Below are positions 40,377-49,309 of a stretch of 64,000 bases of DNA, one piece after another. The stretch covers positions 1 through 64,000 of the forward strand of contig CAXFSR010000043.1 in assembly GCA_964005815.1 (NCBI GenBank). The letters are read 5' to 3'. Under the pieces are notes generated by a model. The model made no database searches, was not told where the DNA came from, and worked only from the letters and a program-made list of their open reading frames with translations. Each line of letters begins with the position of its first letter. Position 1 is the first letter of the stretch. The DNA is from an uncultured Nitrospinaceae bacterium. GTDB taxonomy: Bacteria > UBA8248. The translations under genes and the position numbers were made by a program.

Positions 40377-41325
40377 CGACATTCTCCTCAATACTACCAG
40401 TTTCCCCACTTACTATTTTTACGAAAATTTCTTCCAAAGTAATACTTTCTTTTCGTATCTCTGTAAGTTTCCCAGATTTCTCATATACAACAGATGCTAA
40501 ATTTGCACGAAGATCCTTTTCAGAATCTACTTCATAGTGTACCTCTCCATTTTTAATACCTCTCAAACGCACATTTTCCACTCCATCTATACCTTTTAAA
40601 ATTTCTGAAAATTTATCTTCTTCTCCAACTACGGACAAAAATGTTCTATTTTTCTCATTCATACTATCAGCAAGGGCATCTAATTCTCCTGCTGCTGCTA
40701 GCCTTCCTTGATGGATAATTACAACTCTGTCACAAACCATATTCACTTCAGGCAAAATATGTGTACTCAACATTATAGTTCTATTGCCTTTCAATTCCTT
40801 GATCAAATTTCTTATTTCAACAATTTGAGCAGGGTCTAAACCTGAAGTCGGCTCATCTAGCAACATCACTGGAGGATCATTTACTAACGCCTGCGCTAGA
40901 CCTACTCTCTGCCTATACCCTTTAGAGAGATGTCCTATTACTCTAGACCGAACATTCTCCAAACCACATTTCTCTATAACAGAACCAATTGCACTATTTT
41001 TCTCAGAAGAAGACAATCCTTTGATTGAGGCTGAATAATCCAAGTATGCGCTCACCGTCATTTCTGGGTAAAGAGGGTTATTCTCAGGAAGATAACCAAG
41101 ATTTTTCTGCACATTCAAGGGATCTTGAGAAACATCAAAGCCAGCAATGTGTGCTGAACCTGACGAAGCTGGCATATATCCAGTCAATATTTTCATGGTA
41201 GTAGATTTTCCGGCACCATTAGGACCAAGAAAACCCACAATCTCGCCTTCCTCTACATCAAAAGAAATTCCACGAACAGCCTCTACATTTCCGTAGAATT
41301 TCGAAAGATTATCAACGTTAATCAA
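40369..41325 (-). CDS. GldA-like ABC ATPase
   Basis: GPNGAGKST, LSKGYRQRVGLAQA, DEPTSGLDP and STHILPEV motifs. Confidence 0.93.
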   Translation of the reverse strand: MINVDNLSKFYGNVEAVRGISFDVEEGEIVGFLGPNGAGKSTTMKILTGYMPASSGSAHIAGFDVSQDPLNVQKNLGYLPENNPLYPEMTVSAYLDYSASIKGLSSSEKNSAIGSVIEKCGLENVRSRVIGHLSKGYRQRVGLAQALVNDPPVMLLDEPTSGLDPAQIVEIRNLIKELKGNRTIMLSTHILPEVNMVCDRVVIIHQGRLAAAGELDALADSMNEKNRTFLSVVGEEDKFSEILKGIDGVENVRLRGIKNGEVHYEVDSEKDLRANLASVVYEKSGKLTEIRKESITLEEIFVKIVSGETGSIEENVDE

Positions 41326-41435
41326 AACATCGTCCTCAAATTAAAATTAAAACTCAAAAAACAAACAATATTTGCAATTAGTTGAAAATAGCATCTAAAA
41401 ATAGAGAAAAATGAGAGGAATTGCAAGATGAAATT

Positions 41436-42464
41436 TTATTCAAATTCAAAATCTCCGCGTTCAGCAGCAATTCTCATAATTTCATAAACTTCTAAAACCC
41501 TTGGACCTTTGTCCTCTAAGCTAACAGTAAATGATTCTCCCTTCTCTAAAACAACCTCCCTTTCACCATCAAAAGCAATAACAGAATTAGATGACGCCTT
41601 ATATTCAAAGGGGGTTTTCATCTTGATTTTTTTAAAACTAGAAACATTGACAGGAACAACCATTCCCGGAGCTATAGGAGACATCACTCGCTTTCCATTC
41701 TTCGTCCTTCTTTTAGACATTTTCAAAAACAACCCTTCCTTTTCTTCTGGTGCGATAGATACAAAACTACACCCTATTGAGGAAAGACCAAGACTACCAG
41801 GTATACAGCAGGTCAGAGCCAAAAATTCCAATTTAGAAATATCCCACACTGCTTTGGCACCCGCATAAGATTCTCGAACAAGAGCAATATCGACAAGGGC
41901 TTTCTCTTTTTGACCTGACTTGAAAATCAATGAAAGACACTTTGTTTTTCTCACCTGAGAAGAATAAAACTTAGGGTCATTCACATAAAAACCTGCGGCA
42001 AGTCCAGCAATTGTACCTTCAATATTTTTTGGGAAAACATTATTTGTTCCAGTAGAAAGAGCAATTAAAGGAATGTCTCCACACCCTTTGGAAACAGCTC
42101 TGCTAGTTCCATCTCCACCCAATGCAATAATTGCATCTATCTTCTTTTTTTTCATTAAGGCTGCGGCTTTAATAGAATCCTCCGTGGTTCCATTAGAACT
42201 TATATCTAAAAGATGGAACTTTGTTGCTCCTTGATTTTCTACCTCTCCCCCCATCTCATCAACAACTGAGGAACCAAGAGAACCCGCATCTTTTAAAAAA
42301 TATATATTTTTTACTTTACTAGAGATTAATCCTGAAACCACTCTCTTTAATATGAGAAGTTTTTCATGATTACTGAAAGAACTAGCTAAAGAAACTATCC
42401 TCCTCACATCTTTCCCAGAATGCGGATTAGCAATAATACCAACACTGCTTTTATTTTTTTTCAT
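41436..42464 (-). CDS. ATP-NAD kinase-like protein, AcoX type
   Basis: GIIANPHSGKDVRR, GGDGT, STGTNN and DGERE motifs. Confidence 0.85.
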   Translation of the reverse strand: MKKNKSSVGIIANPHSGKDVRRIVSLASSFSNHEKLLILKRVVSGLISSKVKNIYFLKDAGSLGSSVVDEMGGEVENQGATKFHLLDISSNGTTEDSIKAAALMKKKKIDAIIALGGDGTSRAVSKGCGDIPLIALSTGTNNVFPKNIEGTIAGLAAGFYVNDPKFYSSQVRKTKCLSLIFKSGQKEKALVDIALVRESYAGAKAVWDISKLEFLALTCCIPGSLGLSSIGCSFVSIAPEEKEGLFLKMSKRRTKNGKRVMSPIAPGMVVPVNVSSFKKIKMKTPFEYKASSNSVIAFDGEREVVLEKGESFTVSLEDKGPRVLEVYEIMRIAAERGDFEFE

Positions 42465-42575
42465 CCTACAAATCCCTTAGATCAATAATTCAAGACAAAA
42501 AGAGTCCAGAGGAAACTATAATTCAAAAGAATAAAAGAGTAGTATGAAAGAAGAATCTAAAAAAGGAAACTTTCG

Positions 42576-43910
42576 ATGAAAAAACATAAGAACTCTATTA
42601 AGAAAGATGCAATTTCAATATTTTACTCTGGCCTGAATGAATGCAAACCAAATGAAAGTTTCTCGAAACAAATAAAACTGATAAAAAATGAAAAAAATAA
42701 AGTAATCAGGATTTCAAAAACTGACTTTGCTCTATCACCCAAAGGAAAAGTGTTTGTAATTGGGGCAGGGAAAGCATCGTCTCAAATGGCTTATTCATTA
42801 GAAAAAAAAATAAAAGATGTCATATCATCGGGTATTGTTATTACTCCTTACAAACACAAGAAGAAATGCGAAAAAACCGAAGTACTTGAGGCATCACATC
42901 CTCTGCCAGACAAGAATGGAATTACCCATACAAATAAAATTATCAACCTAGTACAAAGTTGCGGGGAGAATGATCTTGTGATTTTCCTTCTTTCAGGTGG
43001 AGCCTCTTCACTTTTGGTAAAACCTGCAAATGGAATAGAACTAGAAGAAAAATCATGGTTAACACAAAAACTATTAAACTCTGGAGCTACGATCAATGAA
43101 CTGAATTGCATCCGAAAACACCTCTCGCAAATAAAAGGGGGACAGCTAGCAATTAAAACATTGCCTGCAAAATTAATCACTCTTTATATTTCAGATGTTA
43201 TTGGAAACAAACTCGATGTAATTGGCTCCGGCCCTACTTATGGAGACAACAGTTCATTTCATGATGCATATAATATTCTAATGAGTAAGGAACTGTGGGG
43301 GAAATGCCCAAAAAATATAGAAAAACATATAGAACAGGGAATGGTAGGAAAAATACAGGAAACTCCTTCACGAAAACTACTTACAAAAAACAAAACTTAT
43401 TTTTTTATGATGTCCGATCTCAATACAGCTATTACAGCATCTTCTAAAAAAGCAAAATCTTTAGGCTACAAAACAAAAATTCTTTCCAGAAACTTACATG
43501 GTGAAGCAAATGAAGTCGGAAAATATTTGTCAAAAATCGCTAAAGAAGAGAAAGACAAACGATTACTTCCTACGTGTATAATTTGTGGAGGAGAGACTAC
43601 AGTCACAGTCAATGGCAATGGAAAAGGGGGAAGATGTCAAGAACTCGCTCTAAAATTTGCAAAAGAAATTAAGGGCATTTCCAAGATTGTTTTACTTGCA
43701 TCTGGCACTGACGGTAAAGACGGCCCAACAACTTCTTCCGGTGCAATTGTTAATGGAAGAACTATAAATTCAAAAAAACTCAATATTGACTCAGACGAGG
43801 CCTTACGTAACAATAACAGCAATATATTTCTGAAATCTAGAAAATCACTTTTTAAAACCGGTCCAACAGGAACAAACGTAATGGATATTATAGTTTTACT
43901 TATAAGATAA
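42576..43910 (+). CDS. Glycerate 2-kinase (MOFRL/TtuD/GckA family)
   Basis: GAGKA, HPLPD, SGGASSL, RKHLS.IKGG, GGETTV, GTDG.DG and TGTNVMD motifs. Confidence 0.93.
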   Translation: MKKHKNSIKKDAISIFYSGLNECKPNESFSKQIKLIKNEKNKVIRISKTDFALSPKGKVFVIGAGKASSQMAYSLEKKIKDVISSGIVITPYKHKKKCEKTEVLEASHPLPDKNGITHTNKIINLVQSCGENDLVIFLLSGGASSLLVKPANGIELEEKSWLTQKLLNSGATINELNCIRKHLSQIKGGQLAIKTLPAKLITLYISDVIGNKLDVIGSGPTYGDNSSFHDAYNILMSKELWGKCPKNIEKHIEQGMVGKIQETPSRKLLTKNKTYFFMMSDLNTAITASSKKAKSLGYKTKILSRNLHGEANEVGKYLSKIAKEEKDKRLLPTCIICGGETTVTVNGNGKGGRCQELALKFAKEIKGISKIVLLASGTDGKDGPTTSSGAIVNGRTINSKKLNIDSDEALRNNNSNIFLKSRKSLFKTGPTGTNVMDIIVLLIR

Positions 43911-43939
43911 CTTAAAATCAGAATTGAATAGGACAGAAA

Positions 43940-44641
43940 TTGTTTAGCCGCATCCACATTAGAAATTTATTTTTTTTGCTTTTCTTTTATATTCTTATTA
44001 ATACCAGTTTTTCTTATGCACAAAATATTACTATAGCTGACTTCAATAATATTAAAATAAAAAAAGATTCAAATATCCCTCTGGGTTGGATACTTAAAAT
44101 ATGGAGAGGGAAACCTGATCTTAAGTTAATAGAAGAAAAAGAAGAAAAAATTTATCGTTTAAGAAGCAAGGCATCAGCAATCTCAATATACAAAGAAATT
44201 AAATTAGATGTACAAAAATCTCCTATTTTAGAATGGACCTGGAAAGCTACAAAAATACCAGAAAGAGGGTCTGCTAAACATTATTCTAAAGACGATCAAG
44301 CAATAGGAATTTATGTTGTTTTCCCAAGATTTCCTAGCATGTTAAATAGTAGACTTATTGCATATATTTGGGATTCTAATGTACCAAAAGGAAAGATTTT
44401 CAGAAGCCGAAAACAACTCATGGTTCACTACATTGTTGTTAGAAGCGGAAAGAAAGATTTGAAAAAGTGGATTACTGAAAGGAGAAACGTTTTTGAAGAT
44501 TACAAGAAGATCTTCTCTTCATCTCCTCCTAAGATAGGAGGTATTTCGATAATGATTGACTCTGACGACACGGATGATTCTGCTGAAAGTTTTATAAAGA
44601 AAATCGCTTTCAAGGCATTATCATCCAAAAAAAGTAATTAA
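43940..44641 (+). CDS. DUF3047-family exported protein
   Basis: Signal peptide; P.LEW.WK, DD, YIW, W..E.RN...DY and DSDDT motifs. Confidence 0.8.
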   Translation: MFSRIHIRNLFFLLFFYILINTSFSYAQNITIADFNNIKIKKDSNIPLGWILKIWRGKPDLKLIEEKEEKIYRLRSKASAISIYKEIKLDVQKSPILEWTWKATKIPERGSAKHYSKDDQAIGIYVVFPRFPSMLNSRLIAYIWDSNVPKGKIFRSRKQLMVHYIVVRSGKKDLKKWITERRNVFEDYKKIFSSSPPKIGGISIMIDSDDTDDSAESFIKKIAFKALSSKKSN

Positions 44642-44673
44642 AAGAACCTTTTCTAAAAAATAAATGAGAATCT

Positions 44674-45591
44674 ATGTTAATAGGGATAGATATAGGAGGA
44701 ACGAATCTAAAATCGGCAATTTTCAAGTTATCCGGGGAAATTGTTAATAAAAAGATTTTCAAAACTGCGGAAACCGAAATAGAAAAAAATCTAACAAAAT
44801 TTATAACTCAATCAAAAATTAAGTTTGCAAGAAAAAAGAACATATTTGGCATAGGAATTTCTGTAGCAGGACTATTGAACAAAAACAAGAAACTCGTTAA
44901 TTCTCCCAATCTGCCTAATTTTAAATTTTCTAAATTCATGCAATTTCTAAAAGGAGAATTCCCTAATGTTCCTATTAGTATCATGAACGATGCAAACGCT
45001 GCTGCAATAGGAGAGCATTCCATTGGATTCAAAAAAAAATACAGCAGTATATTTCTTCTTACTCTGGGAACTGGAATAGGCGGCGCTTTCATTAACAATC
45101 ATTCTTTATGGGAAGGGAACTTTGGAACAGCTTCAGAAATAGGCCATACCTGTATAAAAGCAAATGGAAATTTATGTAATTGTGGAGTTAAAGGTTGTTT
45201 AGAATCATATTTCTCAGGATGGGCAATCAAAAAAAGAGCAGAAACATTTGCGAAACTTTATCCGAAAAGTAAAATTGGCAAACTAGAAAAGATTACCCCC
45301 TTAGAAATCTCAAATCTTTGCAGGCTCGGAGATAAAAGAAGTAAGGAGATATTTAAAGAATCTGGAGTTTATTTAGGCATTGCTATGAGCAATATCATAA
45401 ACCTTATAAATCCAGAAACAATTATTCTAACTGGAGGATTAACTAAAGCTAGAAAGTATTTCCTTCCCTATTCCCTTCAAAAATGCGAAGAGCTATCCTT
45501 AGACGGTCTATTCAAAAAGACTAAAATCAATATAGGCAAACTTGGAATCTGGTCTGGCACCTATGGTTCTATCCAAACTTTCGTAAAATAA
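44674..45591 (+). CDS. ROK-family sugar kinase (glucokinase-like)
   Basis: GIDIGGT, NDANAAA.GE, TLGTGIGG and EIGH...C.CG..GCLE motifs. Confidence 0.92.
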   Translation: MLIGIDIGGTNLKSAIFKLSGEIVNKKIFKTAETEIEKNLTKFITQSKIKFARKKNIFGIGISVAGLLNKNKKLVNSPNLPNFKFSKFMQFLKGEFPNVPISIMNDANAAAIGEHSIGFKKKYSSIFLLTLGTGIGGAFINNHSLWEGNFGTASEIGHTCIKANGNLCNCGVKGCLESYFSGWAIKKRAETFAKLYPKSKIGKLEKITPLEISNLCRLGDKRSKEIFKESGVYLGIAMSNIINLINPETIILTGGLTKARKYFLPYSLQKCEELSLDGLFKKTKINIGKLGIWSGTYGSIQTFVK

Positions 45592-45603
45592 TACAAAATT
45601 TAG

Positions 45604-45632
45604 TTGACAGATTAACAATGTTAATCTATGGT
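45604..45632 (+). promoter_or_regulatory. Sigma70 promoter with a perfect 19-bp palindromic operator in the spacer
   Basis: TTGACA (45604-45609), 17-bp spacer, TATGGT (45627-45632); AGATTAACA-A-TGTTAATCT at 45609-45627. Confidence 0.75.
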
Positions 45633-45671
45633 TAACTTTCTTAATTATGATTAACATACTAGAAGGTACTT

Positions 45672-46211
45672 ATGACAAAAAGATTAATGACTAAAAGACT
45701 CATGACTGAGAAGAAAATCCTTACTCCCAGCTTGGAACATTATCTTCGAACAATTCACGAACTACAAAAAGAAAAAGGATATGCACGCGTAACTGATGTT
45801 GCTGAAAAATTAAAAGTTGCCAAACCCGCTGTCTCAAATGCTTTAAAAAAACTAATTGCCAATAAACTTGTAGACCATAAAATATACGAAAGTATACTCC
45901 TAACAAAAAAAGGTGAGGAACAAGCAATCAATGTTTCTGGAAAATTTTCTATATTGGTTAATTTCTTGACAGAAATTTTAGGTGTAAATGAAGAAAAAGC
46001 ATTTTTAGACGCTTGTCTTATGGAACACTATGTAAGCCCTACTTCCCTAAATCGCTTCCTTGATCTTTTACGTTTCTTTGAATCAAAAGAAAACAGTGAA
46101 TTACTAGAGATATTTAAAAAATATCAAAGAGATTGTGAAAGTGACGACAACTGTCCTTCATGTAGTTTTCACTGTGATGTAAGTACAAATGAGGAGTATA
46201 GATTAATATGA
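45672..46211 (+). CDS. DtxR/MntR-family metal-dependent regulator with Cys-rich C-terminus
   Basis: SLEHYL..I..L, ARVTDVA..L.V.KP.VS, LT..G and DAC.MEH motifs. Confidence 0.9.
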   Translation: MTKRLMTKRLMTEKKILTPSLEHYLRTIHELQKEKGYARVTDVAEKLKVAKPAVSNALKKLIANKLVDHKIYESILLTKKGEEQAINVSGKFSILVNFLTEILGVNEEKAFLDACLMEHYVSPTSLNRFLDLLRFFESKENSELLEIFKKYQRDCESDDNCPSCSFHCDVSTNEEYRLI

Positions 46212-46393
46212 ACAAGGACAATAAAGTAACTGCTGTCTCCCTCGGCATAGGGTTTCAATATAATAACGATATTCAAATTGAATCTTCCGAACTCTTTGCT
46301 AACACAAGTGCAGATTCAGTGAAAATTAAGCATTTGAATGAGAATTATGTTTTGGAGAAGACAAAAAACGGAAAACTAATCCTAAAGAAATAA
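46208..46393 (+). CDS. hemP: HemP/HmuP-family small protein
   Basis: IESSELF...V.I.H....Y.L..TKNGKLILKK matches the HemP C-terminal KLIL.K signature; ATGA overlap with the regulator stop. Confidence 0.75.
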   Translation: MNKDNKVTAVSLGIGFQYNNDIQIESSELFANTSADSVKIKHLNENYVLEKTKNGKLILKK

Positions 46394-46496
46394 TTTCTAT
46401 TTACAATACACCTGCAAGAGTCTCAATTCAGCTAATTATACGCAGCCAAATTTGAGAGGAAGGCTATATCACTAACCTCTTAAGAAGGAAATAAAG

Positions 46497-47534
46497 ATGA
46501 ACAGTTTTACAAAAAAAGTTGCAATTGTTTTCATGTCAATCTTAGTTGCAGTATCGTCATTTGCGGCAAATAAAGCTATGGCAGGCAAAGAAGTAAACCT
46601 ATATTCTTATCGCCAACCATTTCTCATTATGCCACTCCTTAACGAATTCAATAAACAAACTGGAATCGTTACAAACGTTGTTTATGCTAAAAAAGGGATG
46701 CTCCAGAAAATCAAGGCAAAACCTGGTTCTGCTGATGCAGTATTAACTGTAGATATCAGTAGACTTAGCAAACTTGAAAAAGCAGGACTTTTACAGCCAA
46801 TCAAATCTTCTATATTAAACAGAAATATCCCATCTGAATATCGTCATCCTAAGGGATTTTGGTATGGATTAACTACAAGAGCTCGTATCGTTTATGCAAG
46901 TAAAGAAAGAGTAAAAAAAGGGGCTATTAAAAATTATGAAGATTTAGCAGACCCAAAATGGAAAGGCAAGATATGCATACGTTCTGGAAAACATGCTTAC
47001 AACCTTTCCCTATTCGCATCAATAATGAATGCTCATGGCAGTACTGTTGCAGAAAAATGGCTAAGAGGACTACATTCGAATTTAGCCAGAAAACCTCAAG
47101 GTAACGACAGAGCACAAGTAAAAGGAATTTATTCTGGTGTTTGCGACCTAGCAATTGGAAATACTTACTACATGGGGAAAATGCAAACCAACAAGAAAAA
47201 ACCTGTTCAGAAAAAATGGGCTAAATCTGTATATTTAGTATTCCCAAATCAAGGAAACAGAGGAACTCATGTAAATATCAGTGGTGCTGCAGTAACAAAA
47301 AGTGCAAAAAACAAAGGAAACGCAATTAAATTAATTGAATTCTTAAGTGGAAAATTTGCACAAGAGATGTATGCACATCAAAACTTTGAGTATCCAGTTA
47401 AAAGCGGAATCAAAATTCACCCTCTTGTTGAGTCTTGGGGTAGTTTTCAGGCTGATAACGTCAAACTCTCAAAGATTGCTGAGTTACGAAGTTCTGCTTC
47501 GAAATTGGTAGACAAAGTCAATTTCAACAAGTAG
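46497..47534 (+). CDS. fbpA: Fe(III) ABC transporter substrate-binding protein (FbpA/FutA)
   Basis: Signal peptide; YSYRQ, GLTTRAR, RSGKH.YN, GNDRAQ, NTYY, HVNISG and N.EYP motifs. Confidence 0.92.
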   Translation: MNSFTKKVAIVFMSILVAVSSFAANKAMAGKEVNLYSYRQPFLIMPLLNEFNKQTGIVTNVVYAKKGMLQKIKAKPGSADAVLTVDISRLSKLEKAGLLQPIKSSILNRNIPSEYRHPKGFWYGLTTRARIVYASKERVKKGAIKNYEDLADPKWKGKICIRSGKHAYNLSLFASIMNAHGSTVAEKWLRGLHSNLARKPQGNDRAQVKGIYSGVCDLAIGNTYYMGKMQTNKKKPVQKKWAKSVYLVFPNQGNRGTHVNISGAAVTKSAKNKGNAIKLIEFLSGKFAQEMYAHQNFEYPVKSGIKIHPLVESWGSFQADNVKLSKIAELRSSASKLVDKVNFNK

Positions 47535-47546
47535 TCACTGTTTTAT

Positions 47547-47592
47547 AAATCGGCAGCTAATTTTCTAAAATCTTTTAGCTGCCGATTTTTTT
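47547..47592 (+). terminator. Hairpin plus T-tract between fbpA and fbpB
   Basis: AAATCGGCAGCTAA ... TTAGCTGCCGATTT followed by a T run. Confidence 0.75.
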
Positions 47593-47677
47593 GCTTTAAA
47601 TAGTCCTTACGTGGCGCATTTTTTTACTTGCCAGTCCTCCATGCGCTTCATGGGGACACCAAAATGAGAAGCAGGAA

Positions 47678-49309
47678 ATGCAAACGAAAAAATTTGATTT
47701 TCCTATTTTACTGATCACCCTAATGATTGCCGGTCCAATCATTGCCATTTTATGGTTAGCTACCTTTCCAAGCGACGATATCTGGAAACATCTCATTGAC
47801 ACCGTACTCTTTCGTTATACTTATACAACTTTCTTTTTAATGATTGGCGTGGGGATAGGAACTCTTTTAATAGGGGTCTCATCTGCTTGGATCGTAACTT
47901 GCTGTGAATTTACTGGAAGAAAAGTATTTGAGTGGTCCTTATTACTTCCAATGGCTATCCCTGCATATATCATAGCGTTTATCTATACAGATCTATTAGA
48001 GTATAGTGGTTCTATACAAGAATCTTTACGATTACTTTTTTCATGGAAATCTCCTTCAGAATATTGGTTCCCCGAGATTCGTTCTCTATGGGGTGCAATT
48101 TTCATGATGACTTTTGTTCTCTATCCATATGTTTACTTACTTTCAAGAGTTTCTTTTTCTGAACAATCATCTTCTATCATAGACATAAGCAGAACCCTTG
48201 GCAGAGGTCCCTGGGATACTTTTTTTAGAATATCCATGCCCCTAGCAAGACCATCAATGGCTATCGGTGTTTCTCTTGTTCTAATGGAAGTTTTAAACGA
48301 TTTCGGGACAGTTGATTTTTTTGCAATCGAGACATTTACAGCTGGAATCTATGACGTTTGGATGAATATGGATAGTATATCTGGAGCGAGTCAATTATCT
48401 GTAGTCCTTTTAATTTTTGTTTTATTCCTCCTTTTCACCGAAAAATGGGGCAGAAGGAAACAAAATTTCTCAAACAACACAAAAACTAAGAAACCTATAA
48501 GAAGATATCAGTTGCAAGGTTACAAAAATTTTATCTCTTTCTTTGTATGCATTACTCCCATTTTTTTTGGTTTTATTCTTCCATGCCTAGTCCTAACCAG
48601 AGACAGCTTAATCTTTTACGATTTAGGGAACAATTTTGAATTTTTAAAAACTATGTCGAACAGTTTTATCCTATCATCTCTATCCGCAATAACTGCTACC
48701 ATCATTGCGATCTTTCTTGGATATGGACAAAGGATAAGAAAAAATAGATTGGTCAGAGGATTTATCAGATTCTCCTCAATAGGGTATGCAATCCCTGGCT
48801 CTGTACTAGCCGTAGGTGTAATTATCTCATTTGGAAAAGTAGATGAGTTTTTAAATTTTATTTTTGGAATGACTACTGAGATTTCACTAAGCGGCACACT
48901 AGTAGTAATTATCTATGCTTATTCTGTTCGTTTCCTTGCTCTTTCATTCGGTTCTATAGAGTCTAGTCTATCAAAGGTCACTCCTAATATGGATTTCGCA
49001 TCTAGAACTCTTGGAATGAATTCTAGAAACACTCTTTTTAAAGTGCACATTCCTATAATAAAAAAAGGAGTGCTTGCATCTGCAATACTTGTTTTTGTAG
49101 ATTGCATGAAAGAGTTGCCAATGACTTTAATACTTCGCCCCTTTAATTTTGAGACTCTTTCAACGAATGTTTATCAATTTGCATCAGATGAGTTATTTGA
49201 AGAAAGTGCTTTAAGTGCACTGGCAATTGTGCTAACAGGCGTGATTCCAATAATCATTCTTAGTAATATTATAAGTTCTGGAAACAATGAAATTGGAGAA
49301 GAAATCTAA
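47678..49309 (+). CDS. fbpB: Fe(III) ABC transporter permease (FbpB)
   Basis: LP.AIP.YI, LYPYVYL, PLARP, GYAIPGSV and KELP.TL.LRPFNFETL motifs. Confidence 0.92.
   Translation: MQTKKFDFPILLITLMIAGPIIAILWLATFPSDDIWKHLIDTVLFRYTYTTFFLMIGVGIGTLLIGVSSAWIVTCCEFTGRKVFEWSLLLPMAIPAYIIAFIYTDLLEYSGSIQESLRLLFSWKSPSEYWFPEIRSLWGAIFMMTFVLYPYVYLLSRVSFSEQSSSIIDISRTLGRGPWDTFFRISMPLARPSMAIGVSLVLMEVLNDFGTVDFFAIETFTAGIYDVWMNMDSISGASQLSVVLLIFVLFLLFTEKWGRRKQNFSNNTKTKKPIRRYQLQGYKNFISFFVCITPIFFGFILPCLVLTRDSLIFYDLGNNFEFLKTMSNSFILSSLSAITATIIAIFLGYGQRIRKNRLVRGFIRFSSIGYAIPGSVLAVGVIISFGKVDEFLNFIFGMTTEISLSGTLVVIIYAYSVRFLALSFGSIESSLSKVTPNMDFASRTLGMNSRNTLFKVHIPIIKKGVLASAILVFVDCMKELPMTLILRPFNFETLSTNVYQFASDELFEESALSALAIVLTGVIPIIILSNIISSGNNEIGEEI

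Noticed and set aside
46405..46496. Possible Fur box or riboswitch between hemP and fbpA
   Set aside because: Only a weak resemblance (TGCAAGAGTCTCAATT), with no convincing palindrome or known RNA fold; left unannotated.
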